Shown piece after piece: positions 1-11,878 of a stretch of DNA of 64,000 bases (the first letter of the stretch is position 1; every line of letters begins with the position of its first letter). The translations under genes and the position numbers were made by a program. Below the pieces are notes generated by a model. That model was given only the letters and a program-made list of their open reading frames with translations. It ran no database searches and was not told the origin of the DNA. The stretch comes from Octopus sinensis (taxonomy: Eukaryota), in the NCBI RefSeq assembly GCF_006345805.1, contig NC_043013.1:50468001-50532000 (forward strand). Direction: 5' to 3'.

Positions 1-114
1 CTATGTACTGTAGTAGTAGTACACAGTATATGGATTTTCAAGCTGAGCTCTGATTGGCTGTATGCAAATGAGTTCATTACTGGGGTCCGGAAATCTCGTG
101 GGAAAAAAATTTTG

Positions 115-236
115 CGACCCGGAAGAGATGAAAGGCAAAGTCGACCTCGGCGGAATTTGAATTCAGAACGTAAAGAAGGGTGAAATTCTGCTAAGCATTT
201 TGACCGGCGCGTTACCGATTCTACCAGTTCGACGCA
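115..236 (-). mobile_element. tRNA-derived SINE, family B, fragment
   Basis: Reverse complement contains the family-B core ttctgaattcaaattccgccgaggtcgactttgcctttcatc, seen in more than 15 copies in this window. Confidence 0.75.
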
Positions 237-261
237 TTGAAGGCTTTACGGTTTTCTTTTC

Positions 262-560
262 AAGAATGGTACTTATTCTATCAGTTGCATTTGCCGAACC
301 GTTAAGTTATGGACGTAAAAGCACCTACACCTGTTGCCAAGTGATGGAAGAGGGGTGACATACGCACACACACTCGCGCGCGCACACACACACACACACA
401 CACATATATGCAACAGGCTTCCGTATAGTTTCCGCCTACGAAATACACTCAAAAAGTATTGGCCGGCTACAGTATTAGACACTTGGCCAAGGTGCCGCGT
501 AGTGAGACTGAACCCGAAGCCAGGTGGTTACAAAACGAAATACATAACCAGGCCTGACCA
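262..560 (-). mobile_element. SINE family A (OR-like CORE-SINE), diverged copy
   Basis: Degenerate match to the family-A head (gttcagtctcact...ggcaccttggccaagtgtct) and 3' half (cggttcggcaaa...gatagaataagtac). Confidence 0.6.
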
Positions 561-658
561 CACACTGTCTGACCACTTTGGTCATCGAACGTTGTTTTTT
601 AGGGCTAAAAACCTTCAGCCAGTCACCTGGGGGTTATGTCTCAACCAACCTTACAGAC

Positions 659-1317
659 AGAAGACGATGAGCTGGCTGAATCGTTACCACGTCGGACAAA
701 ATGCTTTGCGGTATTTGGTCCAGATCTATGTTCTGAGTTCAAATTCTACTGAGGCCGAATTTACCTTTCATCCTATTGGGGTCGATTAAATAAGTAACAG
801 TTGAGTACACCCTTAAATTCCAGGCCTTGAGCCTATAGTAGAAAGGGTTATTATTAAGGCGGCAAAAAAGGCGGTGAGCTGGCGGAATTGTTAGCGCATC
901 GGACGAAATGAAATGCTTAGCGGCATTTCGTCCGTCGCTACGTTCTGAGTTCAAATTCTGCCAAGGTCGACTTTGTCTTGCATTCTTTCGGAGTCGATAA
1001 AATAAGTACCAGTTTAACACTAGGGTCAATGTAATCGATTAGTCCCCTCCTACAAAATTGCTGCCCTTGTGGCAAAATCTGAAACCATTATTAAGGCAGC
1101 GAGCTGCCAGAATCGCTAGCATGTCGGGCAAAACGATTTGTAGCATTTCGGTAGTCGTTACGTTCTGAGTTCGAATTCCGCTGAGGTCAACTTTGCCTTT
1201 CATCCTTTCGGGGTCGATAAAATAAGAACCAGATGAGCATTGGGGGGTCAACGTAATCGACCTGCCTTCCTCTCCTGAAATTTCTGGTTTTGTACCTATC
1301 GCAGAAAGAATTATTAC
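659..1317 (+). mobile_element. Three head-to-tail SINE family B copies
   Basis: Three successive units gagctggc...gttctgagttc(a/g)aattc...ggggtcga...agtaccag starting near 665, 870 and 1095, joined by ttattaagg. Confidence 0.85.
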
Positions 1318-1515
1318 AGACTCCTGGTATGTTTCTTTAATGAAGAACTTTAAAAAGAAACTGGCGTGAGTGAGAGACACGGCAGTATCAGATCGATCGA
1401 TCTGACAATGTTGTGTGTGTGTGTGTGTGGTTATCGATCTAATCGAGTTTGTTTTCTCAAATAACCCCGAACACACAGACACAGAATAATAGAAAGAAAA
1501 TCCATTTTGTTGCAG

Positions 1516-1599
1516 ATGGGAAAGTACAAAACTCTCACTTCCATCTCCCTGATTCTCTCTTTGACTCCCTCGTCAGTTGATAAACGCTACGGGAAAGAG
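1516..1599 (+). other. Candidate 84-bp exon (unverified)
   Basis: Acceptor ttttgttgcag|A at 1515/1516 and donor GAG|gtacca at 1599/1600. Phase 0 reads MGKYKTLTSISLILSLTPSSVDKRYGKE; phase 1 reads DGKVQNSHFHLPDSLFDSLVS*. No homology recognised. Confidence 0.2.
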
Positions 1600-1640
1600 G
1601 TACCACAGATACGAAAAGACGTACACACGTGTGTGTTTTT

Positions 1641-1916
1641 TGTATGTATGTATGTATGTATGTATGTATGTATGTATGTATGTATGTATGGATGAGTGTG
1701 TGTGTGTATGAATGTATGTATGCATGAATGTATGTATGTATTTATGAATGTATGTATGTATGTGTATGTGTGTATGTATGTATGCATTTATGTATGTATG
1801 CATGTATGTATGTATGTATGCATGCATGTATGTATGTGTGTGTATGCATGCATGTATGTATGTATGTATGTATGTATGTATGTATGAATGTATGTGTGTG
1901 TATGTATGTATGTATG

Positions 1917-1950
<34 letters not shown>

Positions 1951-4657
1951 TGCATGCATGCATGCATGTATGTATGTAAGTATGTATGTATGTATGTATG
2001 TATGTATGTGTGTATGTATGTATGTATGTATGTATGTGTATGTGTGTATGTGTGTATGTATGTATGTGTGTATGTATGTATGTATGTATGAATGTATGTA
2101 TGAATGTATGAATGTATTTATGAATGTATGTATGTATGTGTATGTATGTATGTATGTATGTATGTATGTATGTATGTGTGTATGCATGCATGTATGTATG
2201 TATGTATGCATGTATGTATGTATGTATGTATGCATGCATGCATGCATGCATGTATGTATGTATGTATGTATGAATGTATGTGTGTGTATGTATGTATGTA
2301 GGTATGTATGTATGTATGAATGTATGTATGTATGAATGTATGTATGTATGTATGAATGTATGTATGTATTTATGAATGTATGTATGTATGTATGTGTATG
2401 TGTGTATGTATGTATGCATGTATGTATGTATGTATGTATGCATGCATGCATGCATGCATGCATGCATGTATGTATGTATGCATGTATGTATGTATGTATG
2501 CATGCATGTATGTATGTGTGTGTATGCATGCATGTATGTATGTATGTATGTATGCATGTATGTATGTATGTATGTATGTATGTATGCATGTATGCATGTA
2601 TGTATATATGTATGTATGTATGTAAGCATGCATACATGCATGCATGTATGTATGTATGTATGTATGTATGTATGTATGTATGCATGCATGCATGCATGCA
2701 TGTATGTATGTATGTATGTATGCATGCATGCATGTATGTATGTATGTATGAATGTATGTATGTATGCATGTATGTATGTATGTATGTATGTATGTATGTA
2801 TGTATGCATGCATGCATGTATGTATGTATGTATGTATGTATGTATGCATGCATGCATGTATGTATGTATGTATGTATGTATGTATGTATGTATGTATGTA
2901 TGAATGTATGTGTGTGTATGTATGTATGTATGTATGTATGTATGAATGTATGTATGTATGAATGTATGTATTATGAATGTATGTATGTATTTATGAATGT
3001 ATGTATGTATGTGTATGTGTGTATGTATGTATGCATGTGTGTATGTATGTATGTATGTATGCATGCATGCATGCATGTATGTATGCATGTATGTATGTAT
3101 GTATGCATGCATGTATGTGTGTGTATGCATGCATGTATGCATGTATGTATGTATGTATGCATGTATGTATGTATGTATGTATGTATGCATGCATGCATGC
3201 ATGTATGTATGCATGTATGTATGTATGTATGTATGTATGTATGTATGTATGTATGTATGTATGCATGTATGCATGTATGTATGTATGTATGTATGTAAGC
3301 ATGCATACATGCATGCATGTATGTATGTATGTATGTATGCATGCATGCATGCATGCATGTATGTATGTATGTATGCATGCATGCATGCATGTATGTATGT
3401 ATGTATGTATGCATGCATGCATGCATGTATGTATGTATGCATGCATGCATGTATGTATGTATGTATGTATGTATGTATGTTTGTATGCATGCATGTATGT
3501 ATGTATGCATGCATGCATGCATGTATGTATGTATGTATGTATGCGTGCGTGCGTGTATGTATGTATGTATGTATGTATGCATACATGCATGTATGTATGT
3601 ATGTATGCATGCATGCATGTATGTATGTATGTATGTATGCATGCATGCATGCATGCATGCATGCATGTATGTATATATGTATGTATGTATGTATGCATGC
3701 ATGCATGTATGTATGTATGTATGCATGCATGCATGTATGTATGTATGTATGTATGTAGTATGTAGTATGTATGCATCCGTATGTATGTATGTATGTATGC
3801 ATGCATGTATGTATGATGTATGTATGTAGTATGTATGCATGCATGCATGTATGTATGTATGTATGTATGTATGTATGTATGCATCCATGTATGTATGTAT
3901 GTATGTATGTATGCATGCATGCATGTATGTATGTATGTATGTATGCATGCATGTATGTACGTATGTATGTATGTATGCATGCATGCATGTATGTATGTAT
4001 GAATGTATGTATGTATGCATGCATGCATGCATGCATGTATGTATGTATGTTATGTATGTATGTATGCGTGCGTGCGTGTATGTATGTATGTATGTATGCA
4101 TACATGCATGTATGTATGTATGCATGCATGCATGCATGTATGTATGTATGTATGTATGTATGTATGCATGCATGCATGTATGTATGTATGCATGTATGTA
4201 TGTATGTATGTATGAATGTATGCATATTTATATGTATGCATGCATGTATGTACGTATGTATGTATGTATGCATGCATGCATGTATGTATGTATGAATGTA
4301 TGTATGTATGCATGCATGCATGCATGTATGTATGTATGTATGTATGTATGCGTGCGTGCGTGTATGTATGTATGTATGTATTATGTATGTATGCATACAT
4401 GCATGTATGTATGTATGCATGCATGCATGCATGTATGTATGCATGTATGTATGTATGTATGCATGCATGCATGTATGTATGTATGTATGTATGTATGAAT
4501 GTATGCATATTTATATGTATGCATGCATGTATGTACGTATGTATGTATGTATGTATGTATGCATGCATTCATGTATGTATGTATGTATGTATGTATGTAT
4601 GTATGCATGCATTCATGTATGTATGTATGTATGTGTGTATGTATGTATGTATTTATG
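1641..4657. repeat. About 3 kb (ATGT)n/(ATGC)n compound microsatellite
   Basis: Directly visible; source of all the YVCM/HTYI pseudo-ORFs. Confidence 0.98.
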
Positions 4658-4677
4658 AAAGTATGAAACTTTAAGAG

Positions 4678-4848
4678 TTACGCGAAAGGCCAGACTGGAG
4701 GTCCAGCCTTCCGAGTTCTTTTACAGGGCTTAGAAAAACTGAAGGACCACTGCAATGAATGTGTGAATCTGAGAGGGGAATATGTTGAATAAAATCATAA
4801 TTAACTGATCCTCCTTTTACCCAAAGCCAGGAAATTTTCAGCATCTTC

Positions 4849-4851
<3 letters not shown>
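4678..4851 (+). mobile_element. Mariner-derived MITE, 3' part (same family as 8277-8499)
   Basis: cagggcttagaaaaactgaaggaccactgcaat...gaatatgttgaa matches 8360-8430 and ends in the TIR-like ccaggaaattttcagca. Confidence 0.65.
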
Positions 4852-4879
<28 letters not shown>

Positions 4880-4883
4880 GTGC

Positions 4884-4914
<31 letters not shown>

Positions 4915-4918
<4 letters not shown>

Positions 4919-5294
4919 CACTTTCGGTGCGAATAGTGTTTTATACGGCGCCGTTTTTACAATCCTGTAAATAATAATAATGGTATTTTTATATAAGCTT
5001 AAATCGTATGGCAATCACCGTGCAATAACTAAGGAAAATAGTCTAATAAAGGAGCCTATAAGCCCTCGACAGAAAAAGGAAGGTTTTCTTATCCGCGGAT
5101 AAGAAACCTTCCTTTTTCTGTCGAGGGCTTATAGGCCCCTTTAGTAGACTATTTTCCTTAGTTATTAGACTATTTTCCTTAGTATTGCACGGTGATTGCC
5201 ATACGATTTAAGCTTATATAAAATACCATTATTATTATTTACAGGATTGTAAAAACGGCGCCGTAATAAAACACTATTCGCACCCGAAAGTGTA

Positions 5295-5296
<2 letters not shown>
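4915..5296. repeat. Spacerless palindrome made of two head-to-head bodies of SINE family D
   Basis: Centre atccg|cggat at 5095/5096; arms of about 180-200 bp are near-exact reverse complements; arm sequence matches 31741-31925. Confidence 0.9.
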
Positions 5297-5353
<57 letters not shown>

Positions 5354-5802
5354 TAATATATATATATAATATATATATGCGCATACTCGCAGGCGCGCGC
5401 ACACACGCGCTTGCGCCGGTTCGCGCACGCATACGCGCCGCATGCACCTCGCTCTTGGACCCGACGAGACCTCCCGCTCGTTCCTGGGACCGTCGCTTGT
5501 CGTTGGGTTTTCCCACGCCCGTCTCCGCGGGACCACTCTTCCATCTTCCCCTCAGCTGTAGTCCTTTTTCCTTAACCCCCCCTTTTTTGTTACACACACG
5601 CGCACACATATACACACATTGCTTAAATATATACATTACTCTTACACACATTCAATCTACTCGCCATTAATACTACCACGACACTGGACACACACACATA
5701 CTACTACTCAACACACGCTGGCACGCTACATACGCCCCCACCCCTTCCCCTCCCTCCCTTCCTCTTTCCTTCTTTTTCTTACTACTGACCACTGTCTGCT
5801 TG

Positions 5803-5902
5803 NNNNNNNNNNNNNNNNNNNNNNNNNNNNNNNNNNNNNNNNNNNNNNNNNNNNNNNNNNNNNNNNNNNNNNNNNNNNNNNNNNNNNNNNNNNNNNNNNN
5901 NN
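5803..5902. other. Assembly gap (100 N)
   Basis: Run of exactly 100 N, a typical scaffolding placeholder. Confidence 0.99.
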
Positions 5903-6934
5903 GAATGTTTGTTCTAAGTTCAGGATACAACTAGGTCAGTGTGTGTCTGTGTCTGTGTCTGTGTCTGTGAGCGTGTGACTACGGGTATGTGCAATTGTGT
6001 GCGACTGCGCCTGTGTGCTTCTGTGTATGTGTGTGTGTGTGTGTGTGTGTGTTTGTTAAAACGCAACTGTGTGTGCGCACGCACTCGTCCGTGTTTGTTT
6101 ATGTGTGTTAAATGTGTGACTGTGTGTTGTGCGATTGTTTCTCACTGCGCCTGTGTACGTGTATGTGTGTGTATGTATGTGTGTGTGTGTGAGAGAGAGT
6201 GACAGACAGACAGAGACAGACTCTGTGTGTGTGTGTGTGTATTGCTATGTGTTAATGTGTACATAGAGTGTATGCGTTTGGGTTTTGACCACGTGACTGC
6301 ATGTAACTGCATATACCTCTGTGTGTATGCGTGCGTGTGACTATGTGACTGTGTGTTCGGCTGCGTGACTGAATGAGTGTGTACATCTGTTTGTGCGATT
6401 TGATGTGTATGTGTGGATGTGTGTATGGATGTATGTGTGTGTATGTGTGTGTGTGTGTGTGTGTATGTGTGTGTGTGTGTAACTTTTTTGATAGCTTCAA
6501 AGCTCTGTAACCTTTTAAAAAATTTCCTGGGAAAAGTGAATTATCTCTTGTGATTCATTGTGGAAAATCACATTGATACACCAAATTTTAAAATTTTCAC
6601 TAAACTTAAAAATTTCCACAGCTGCAACCAAACAGAAAATATCCGGCATCTTTGATATTGGTTTCAAATTTTGGTACCAGGCCTAGCAATTTCATGGAAG
6701 AGTAAAATCGTTTACATCGACCGACTTACTGGCTTTTTCTTGGAACGAGCATCACGAAAAAAAAAAAAAAAGAAAAAAGAAGAAAGAAAGAAGAAAGAAT
6801 GAAGTACCGTTAAATCTCTTAAAACTAACAAAATATTCTAATTGGAATTATATTTCTAGGAATATATATATATTATTTTTATTCTTTTATTCTTTTACCT
6901 GCTTCAGTCATTTGACTGCGGCCATGCTGGAGCA

Positions 6935-7290
6935 GAACGGGGCGCCATTGCATGGTGCCAAAGATCCCAGCATCTCCATCAAAATACAGAAGCAGATACT
7001 GCAACTGCTTGAGTTTCAAGGGTCCACAGCTCTTCAATATCCTTCTAAAATGCATGAGAGACTGGTATGATATGAATTTAGGTGTCTTCAAAACGAAATT
7101 CGATCTCCTGTCAAGGGCTCCAGACGGGTCTACCTCATGGCAGGAAACACAGATGAGGGCAACAGCATCAAATACCCTCATTCACCAAATGCCACATGTC
7201 AGAGGAGGTTTGAAATAATGGTGTAGCACAGTCAACGGTGGTGCCCCAGCATGACCGCAGTATCGAAGCTGAAACAATTTAGAGATTTAA
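6935..7290 (+). mobile_element. CR1/L2-group LINE 3' end (ORF2 C-terminus and 3' UTR)
   Basis: Encodes ...SKYRSRYCNCLSFKGPQLFNILLKCMRD...FKTKFDLL..PD, typical of the CR1/L2 ORF2 C-terminal region; tail ggtgccccagcatgaccgcagt...ctgaaac. Confidence 0.7.
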
Positions 7291-7509
7291 AGACTTATCT
7301 CCTGGGATTCAGCGTGGAAAATTACATCAATGCACCATCAATACTGGCTTTTTCTTGGAACGGGCATCACAAAAAAAAAAAGAAAAGAAAAAAGAAAAAG
7401 AAAGAAGTACCGTTAAATCTCTTAAAACTAACAAAATATTCCAACTGGAATTATATTTCTAGGAATCGTGTTGGAAATACCCGTTTCGGTAACCTAATTC
7501 TTCATAGAC

Positions 7510-7670
7510 GGAGGCGTGGCCGTGTGCTAAGAAGTTAACTTCCCAGCCACTGGGTTCCGGGTTTAGTGCTGCTGCACGGCACCTTGGGCATGTGTCTTCT
7601 GCTATAACCTTGGCCGACCAAAAGCTTGTGGCTGGATGTGATAGACGGAGACTGAAAGAAGCCCATCATA
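7510..7670 (+). mobile_element. SINE family A, 5' half
   Basis: ggaggcgtggccgtgtgctaag...ggcaccttgggcatgtgtctt...gacggagactgaaagaagccc. Confidence 0.75.
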
Positions 7671-7740
7671 TATATATATATATAGCTTCTGCACGCATTT
7701 TTTTCTCTCCTTGTTTCTCTCCGTGTTTCTTTTCTGTGCA

Positions 7741-7778
7741 TCTTTCTGTTGAAGAGCGTAGGCTCGAAACGTTAAAGA
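7741..7778 (+). ncRNA. Minimal hammerhead-like motif in a Penelope-type terminal repeat, core variant CUGUUGA
   Basis: tcttt CTGTTGA A GAGC gtag GCTC GAAAC GTT aaaga: stem I 5 bp, stem II 4 bp, palindromic stem III; A6 replaced. Confidence 0.5.
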
Positions 7779-7960
7779 CTTGTTTTATTTATATTCCTGA
7801 GCGCCATACTATACAATTGTTTGTTTGTATTCCACCTGCTTCGTCTTTTGTTTATTTTCATAAAGCTTCCCGTTATATATATATATATATATATGTTTGT
7901 TGTGTGTGTGTATGTATGTATAGTGGTGTGTGTATGTATATATGTGGTGTATATATGTAT

Positions 7961-8004
<44 letters not shown>

Positions 8005-8276
8005 ATATATATATATATATAATTTCTTTTTCAGAATGAGATAAAAATCCAAGACTGAAAATTTTAGAACATTTATAAATAGAAAGTCTTACAGATGTTT
8101 CCGGGATATTTTTTATGTATTTTTTTATGACCTACGTTGGACTCCTTATTCGCATAATCACCAAACCTGGTGCTTAACTATGGTCTGTCTATAGGACTTA
8201 CTCAGCATTACCTGACACCTTTGGATCTTATTGACACCATTACCTCTCACAACCTCTCTATATATGTCTATAAATA

Positions 8277-8499
8277 TACGCGAGTAGGTGGTGAAAAGGT
8301 CCTGGCTTTAAGGGTGTCACGAAAGGCCTGGTTGAAGGCCCAAACCTCCCGAGTTCTTTTTTCAGGGCTTAGAAAAACTGAAGGACCACTGCAATAAGTG
8401 TGTGAATCCGACAAAGGGGAATATGTTGAAGAAAATCATAACTGATCCTCCTGTATTTTCTTTTACCCAAATCCAGGAACTTTTCAGCAACCCCTCGTA
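8277..8499 (+). mobile_element. Mariner-derived MITE with TIRs
   Basis: Ends tacgcgagtaggtggtgaaaaggtcctggc / ccaggaacttttcagcaacccctcgta; internal FFQGLEKLKDHCNKCVN..EYVE resembles a mariner transposase C-terminus. Confidence 0.75.
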
Positions 8500-8539
8500 T
8501 GTGTGCATGTGCCCGTGTGTGTGTGTGTGTGTGTGTATC

Positions 8540-9269
8540 TGTGTGTCTGTGTGTGAGTGTACGGTGTGTCTTTGTGTCCGTTCCCCACCACCGTTTGACG
8601 ACCGGCGTTGGTCTGTTTGCGTTCCGTAACATAGGTGTTCGGCTAAAGAGGCTGATAAAATAGGTACCAGGTTTAAAAAGATAAAGCTTTGAGTCGATTC
8701 GTTCGACTGTAAATTCTTCAAGGCGGTGCTCCAGCATGGCCGCAGTCAAATAACTGAAACAGGATGCAAGATTAAATTGTAATTGTATTTGAGGAAAGTG
8801 GTAATTAATTCTACTTAGATTGTGGGACGAAAGCACTTCCGGTTGCTGCTAAACGATAATGTTACTAAATTTGAAAAACCATCTTTTGTTTTATTTCCGA
8901 ACTAATTCTAAAAAAAACACTCAAAATGGCACAGGCGTGGCTCTGTGATAAGAAGCTTGCTTCTCAACCAATTGGTTCCGGGTTCAGTCCGACTACACGA
9001 CATTTTAAGCAAACGTTTTCAACTATGGCCTTGGTCAAACCAAAACCTTGTGAGTGAATTTGGCAAACGGAAACTGAAGGAATCCCGTCGTATATATGTA
9101 TATATAAAGGCGCTGGAGTGGCTGTGTGGTAAGTAGCTTGCTAATCAGCCACATGGTTCCAGGTTCATTCCCACTGCGTGGCACCTTGGGCAAGTGTCTT
9201 CTATAACCTCGGGCCGACCAAAGCCTTGTGACTGGATTTGGTAGACGGAAACTGAAAGAAGCCCGTTGT

Positions 9270-9302
<33 letters not shown>

Positions 9303-9748
9303 GTACATGTGTGTGTTGTGTGTGTGTGTGTGTGTGGTGTGTGTGTGTGTGTGCCCCAACATCGCTTGACATCGATGCTGGTGTGTTTACGTCCCCGTAA
9401 CTTAGCAGTTCGGCATAAGAAACCGATCGAGTAAGTACTAGGCTTACAAAGAATAAGTCCTGGGGTCGATTTGCTCGACTAAAGGCAGTGCTCCAGCATG
9501 GTCGCAGTCAAAATGATTGAAATGAATAAAAGAATAGTATGCGTGTGTGTGTGTTTGTCCCCCATACCATCGCTTCACAACCGATGTCGGTGTGTTTACG
9601 TCCCCGTAACGTAGCGGTTCAGCAAAAGACATCGATAGAATAAGTACTAAGCTTACAAAGAATAAGTGCTGGGGTCAATTTCTTCGACTAAAGGCAGTGC
9701 TCCAGCATGGCCGCAGTCAAATGGCTGAAACAAGTAAAAGAGTAAAAT
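8540..9748 (+). mobile_element. Cluster of four SINE family A copies/halves (full copy 9109-9534)
   Basis: Repeated family-A head (ggcgctggagtggctgtgtggtaagtagcttgc) and tail (ggcagtgctccagcatggccgcagtcaaatg.ctgaaac) motifs. Confidence 0.85.
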
Positions 9749-9769
9749 AATGTGTGTGTGTGTTCTCCC

Positions 9770-10100
9770 AGCATTGGTACTCCGTCAGTTACGACGACGA
9801 GGGTTCCGGTTGATCCGATCAGCTGAACAACTTGCTCGTGAAATTAACGTGCAAGTGGCTGAGCACTCCACAGACACGTGTACCCTTAACGTAGTTCTCA
9901 GGGAGATTCAGCGTGACACAGAGTGTGACAAGGCTGGCCCTTTGAAATACAGGTACCACTCATTTTGCCAGCTGAGTGGACTGGAGCAAAAGTGAAATAA
10001 AAGTGTCTTGCTCAAGGACGCAACGCGTTGCCGGGATTTGAACACCTGACATTACGACCGTGAGCCAAATATCCCTAACCACTAAGCCATGCGCTTTCAC
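9770..10100 (-). mobile_element. tRNA-headed CORE-type SINE, family E
   Basis: Reverse complement begins gcgcatggcttagtggttagggat...gttcaaatcccggc then gcgtccttgagcaagacactt (CORE-like); related head at 38750-38838. Confidence 0.7.
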
Positions 10101-10290
10101 CTCCACCTCACCCCAGCACCGCTTGATAAAAGGTGTTGGTTTGCTTATGATCCCTGTGACTTAGCGGATCGGCAAAGTAACCGATGGAATAAGTACCAGG
10201 ACTAAGTCCTGGGATCGATTCATTTATTAGACTAAAAATTCAAGGTGGTGCCCCAGCATGGCCATATTCTCAACTATGTTTTTGCAAATG

Positions 10291-10310
10291 ACAGACACAG
10301 ACAGACGGTC

Positions 10311-10341
<31 letters not shown>

Positions 10342-10624
10342 CAGACAGACAGACAGACACAGACAGACACAGACAGACACAGACAGACACAGACAGACAG
10401 GCAGACAGACAGACAGACACAGACAGACAGACAGACAGACACAGACAGACAGACACAGACAGACAGACACAGACAGACAGACACAGACAGACAGACACAG
10501 ACAGACAGACACAGACAGACAGACACAGACAGACAGACACAGACAGACAGACACAGACAGACACAGACAGGCGGATAGACGGATGGATAGATAGATAGAG
10601 AGATAGAGAGATAGATAGATAGAT

Positions 10625-10679
<55 letters not shown>

Positions 10680-10848
10680 GGATGGATGGATGGATGGATG
10701 GATGGATAGATAAATAGATAGATAAATAGATAGATAAATAGATAGATGGATAGATAGATAGATGGATAGATGGATAGATAGATGGATAGATAGATGGATG
10801 GATAGATAGATAGATAGATAGATATAGATTCATAGACAGAGATAGTTA
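10291..10848. repeat. (ACAG)n/(ATAG)n/(ATGG)n compound microsatellite
   Basis: Directly visible. Confidence 0.97.
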
Positions 10849-11878
10849 GATTTGTGTCATTATATCTGTGTTTTGTCTACCACCACTGCTTGACAACCGG
10901 CGTTGGTTAGTTTACGTCCCTTAACATTAGCGTTTCTGCAAAAGAGACCGATAAAATAAGCAGTAAGCTTTTAAAAAAATAAGTACTGAGGTCTATTCTC
11001 GTTCGACTAAAATCCCCCAAGTCGGTGCCCCAGCATGGTCGCTGTCTACACAGCCACGCCGCCGCTTGGTTCAGAGGATATTACTCCCGTCTGCTTTCAT
11101 GTTTCGTGGGAATTCCCAACATTGTGTTGTTTATGGTGTCAATTTAATTGCAAAATGGGTCAAAAAATGTTATTATTTCACGCAAGCTTTTAAAAAAATA
11201 ATGTACTGAAGTCTTTTCGTTCGACTAAAATTCCCCAAAGCGGTGCCCCAGCATGGCCGCAGTCAACACATCCACGCCTCCGTTTGGTTCAGAGGATATT
11301 CCCTCCGTCTGTTTTCATGAAATTACCTTATGTTGTTTCGTGGGAATTCCCAACATTCTGTTGTTTATGGTATCAATTTAAGGGCAAAATGGGTAAAAAA
11401 ATGTTATTTTACGCGAGGGCGTGTAATCATAGTTATTATTATCATTAGTTAATTTTTTTTCGTGTGTAATTAATTATTTATCGTTGCCTTTGTGTATGTA
11501 GTAAATTTGTTCAATGCATGGCAGACGAACAATTCTATTTTATTATATTTTTGTGAATGCAGGAATATCACGAGATGCCAAGTGATTATATTATGAAACA
11601 AAATTAACCAGAATTTAAAATTGAATTCTTTAGGAATTTTTCGTTTTTGCATTGTTTCGCATGATTCTTGATGTTAACTCGTGCGTTGAAATAGATTTTG
11701 TTGTATCTCGGGAGAGTCATTGTACCAATACTAACAAACACATGCACTGGTTTTATTTCACTTCTTTATTATTTATTTGTCAATTGCTTAACTATTTAGC
11801 CAATAAACTAACAGATTGTACGATTAATCATACGGTTAATCAATTAGTTATGTTTGTCTAAGCACTGGTTTTATTTCA

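Noticed and set aside
1573-4674. Long ORFs (up to 908 aa) of HTYI/YVCM repeats
   Set aside because: Stop-free translations of an (ATGT)n microsatellite; no coding signal
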